A stretch of DNA of 63,920 bases, counting the filler, from Lama guanicoe (taxonomy: Eukaryota), in the NCBI GenBank assembly GCA_013239625.1. It is 80 parts of 79 records of this genome, joined end to end, with 100 filler letters (N's around TTAATTAATTAA, not from the genome) between each part and the next. Parts side by side here need not be neighbours in the genome. Positions count along the whole stretch, not along the records: positions 63,458 to 63,920 come from PNXV01011629.1; 79 more parts are not named here. One strand, written 5' to 3'. Position numbers and translations under genes: made by a program. Below, one piece after another: positions 63,458 through 63,920 of the stretch. The notes below the pieces were generated by a model, which worked only from the letters and a program-made list of their open reading frames with translations, was not told the DNA's origin and searched no databases. Numbering within the stretch: position 1 is the first letter of the stretch; every line of letters starts with the position of its first letter.

Positions 63458-63920
63458 GACTACTATTACATGGTATAAATATACCACCTCTTCTTTATCT
63501 AGTCAAATGTTGATGGACCCTTAGGCTTTTTCTATGTCTTGGCTATTGTAAATAGTGCTGGCTATGAACAATGGTGTGCAGGTGTCATCCTGGAGTAGGA
63601 TTCCTTCTGGATTTATGCCCAGAAGCTGGATTCTTTGCTTATATGCTAAGCCTATTCCTAGGCTTTTGAGGAATCTCCATCCTGTTTTCCACAGTGGCTG
63701 CACCAAATTGCCACCAGCAGTGAAGGACGGTTCCCTTTATTCCAGAGCACAGAGCCTCTCCAGTATTTGTCATTTGTGGATTTTTAAATGATGTCCATTC
63801 TGATCTGACTGAGGTGATACCTCATTGCAGTTTTGATTTGCATTTCTCAGATAATAAGGGATATTGAGCACTTTGTGATGTGCCTTTTGATCATTTGTAT
63901 GTCTTCCTTGGAGAATTGCT
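63458..63920 (-). mobile_element. LINE-1 ORF2 C-terminal fragment
   Basis: Minus peptide VQPLWKTGWRFLKSL...LLGINPE...TCTPLFIA. Confidence 0.93.

Overview
Not a contiguous locus and not prokaryotic. The window is a concatenation of about 80 short (0.4-1.3 kb) unplaced mammalian contigs/scaffolds, each joined by an artificial 100-bp linker (N44-TTAATTAATTAA-N44, stops in all six frames). A tRNA-Ala-derived Vic-1-type SINE and a 267-bp GC-rich satellite point to a camelid (camel/llama/alpaca). Content is mostly satellite DNA (a degenerate AGAATAT heptamer satellite and four related ~247-267-bp families), LINE-1 fragments, LTRs and old DNA transposons. There is no intact protein-coding gene. The most notable items are intron-flanked, decayed exon copies of normally single-copy genes: two different TRAPPC9 exons (one split over two contigs that overlap by 20 bp) and one ABHD17A exon. 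These suggest amplified segmental duplications. A conserved monomer order across contigs also suggests a higher-order satellite repeat. Gene identifications rest on recalled reference protein sequences and were not database-checked.
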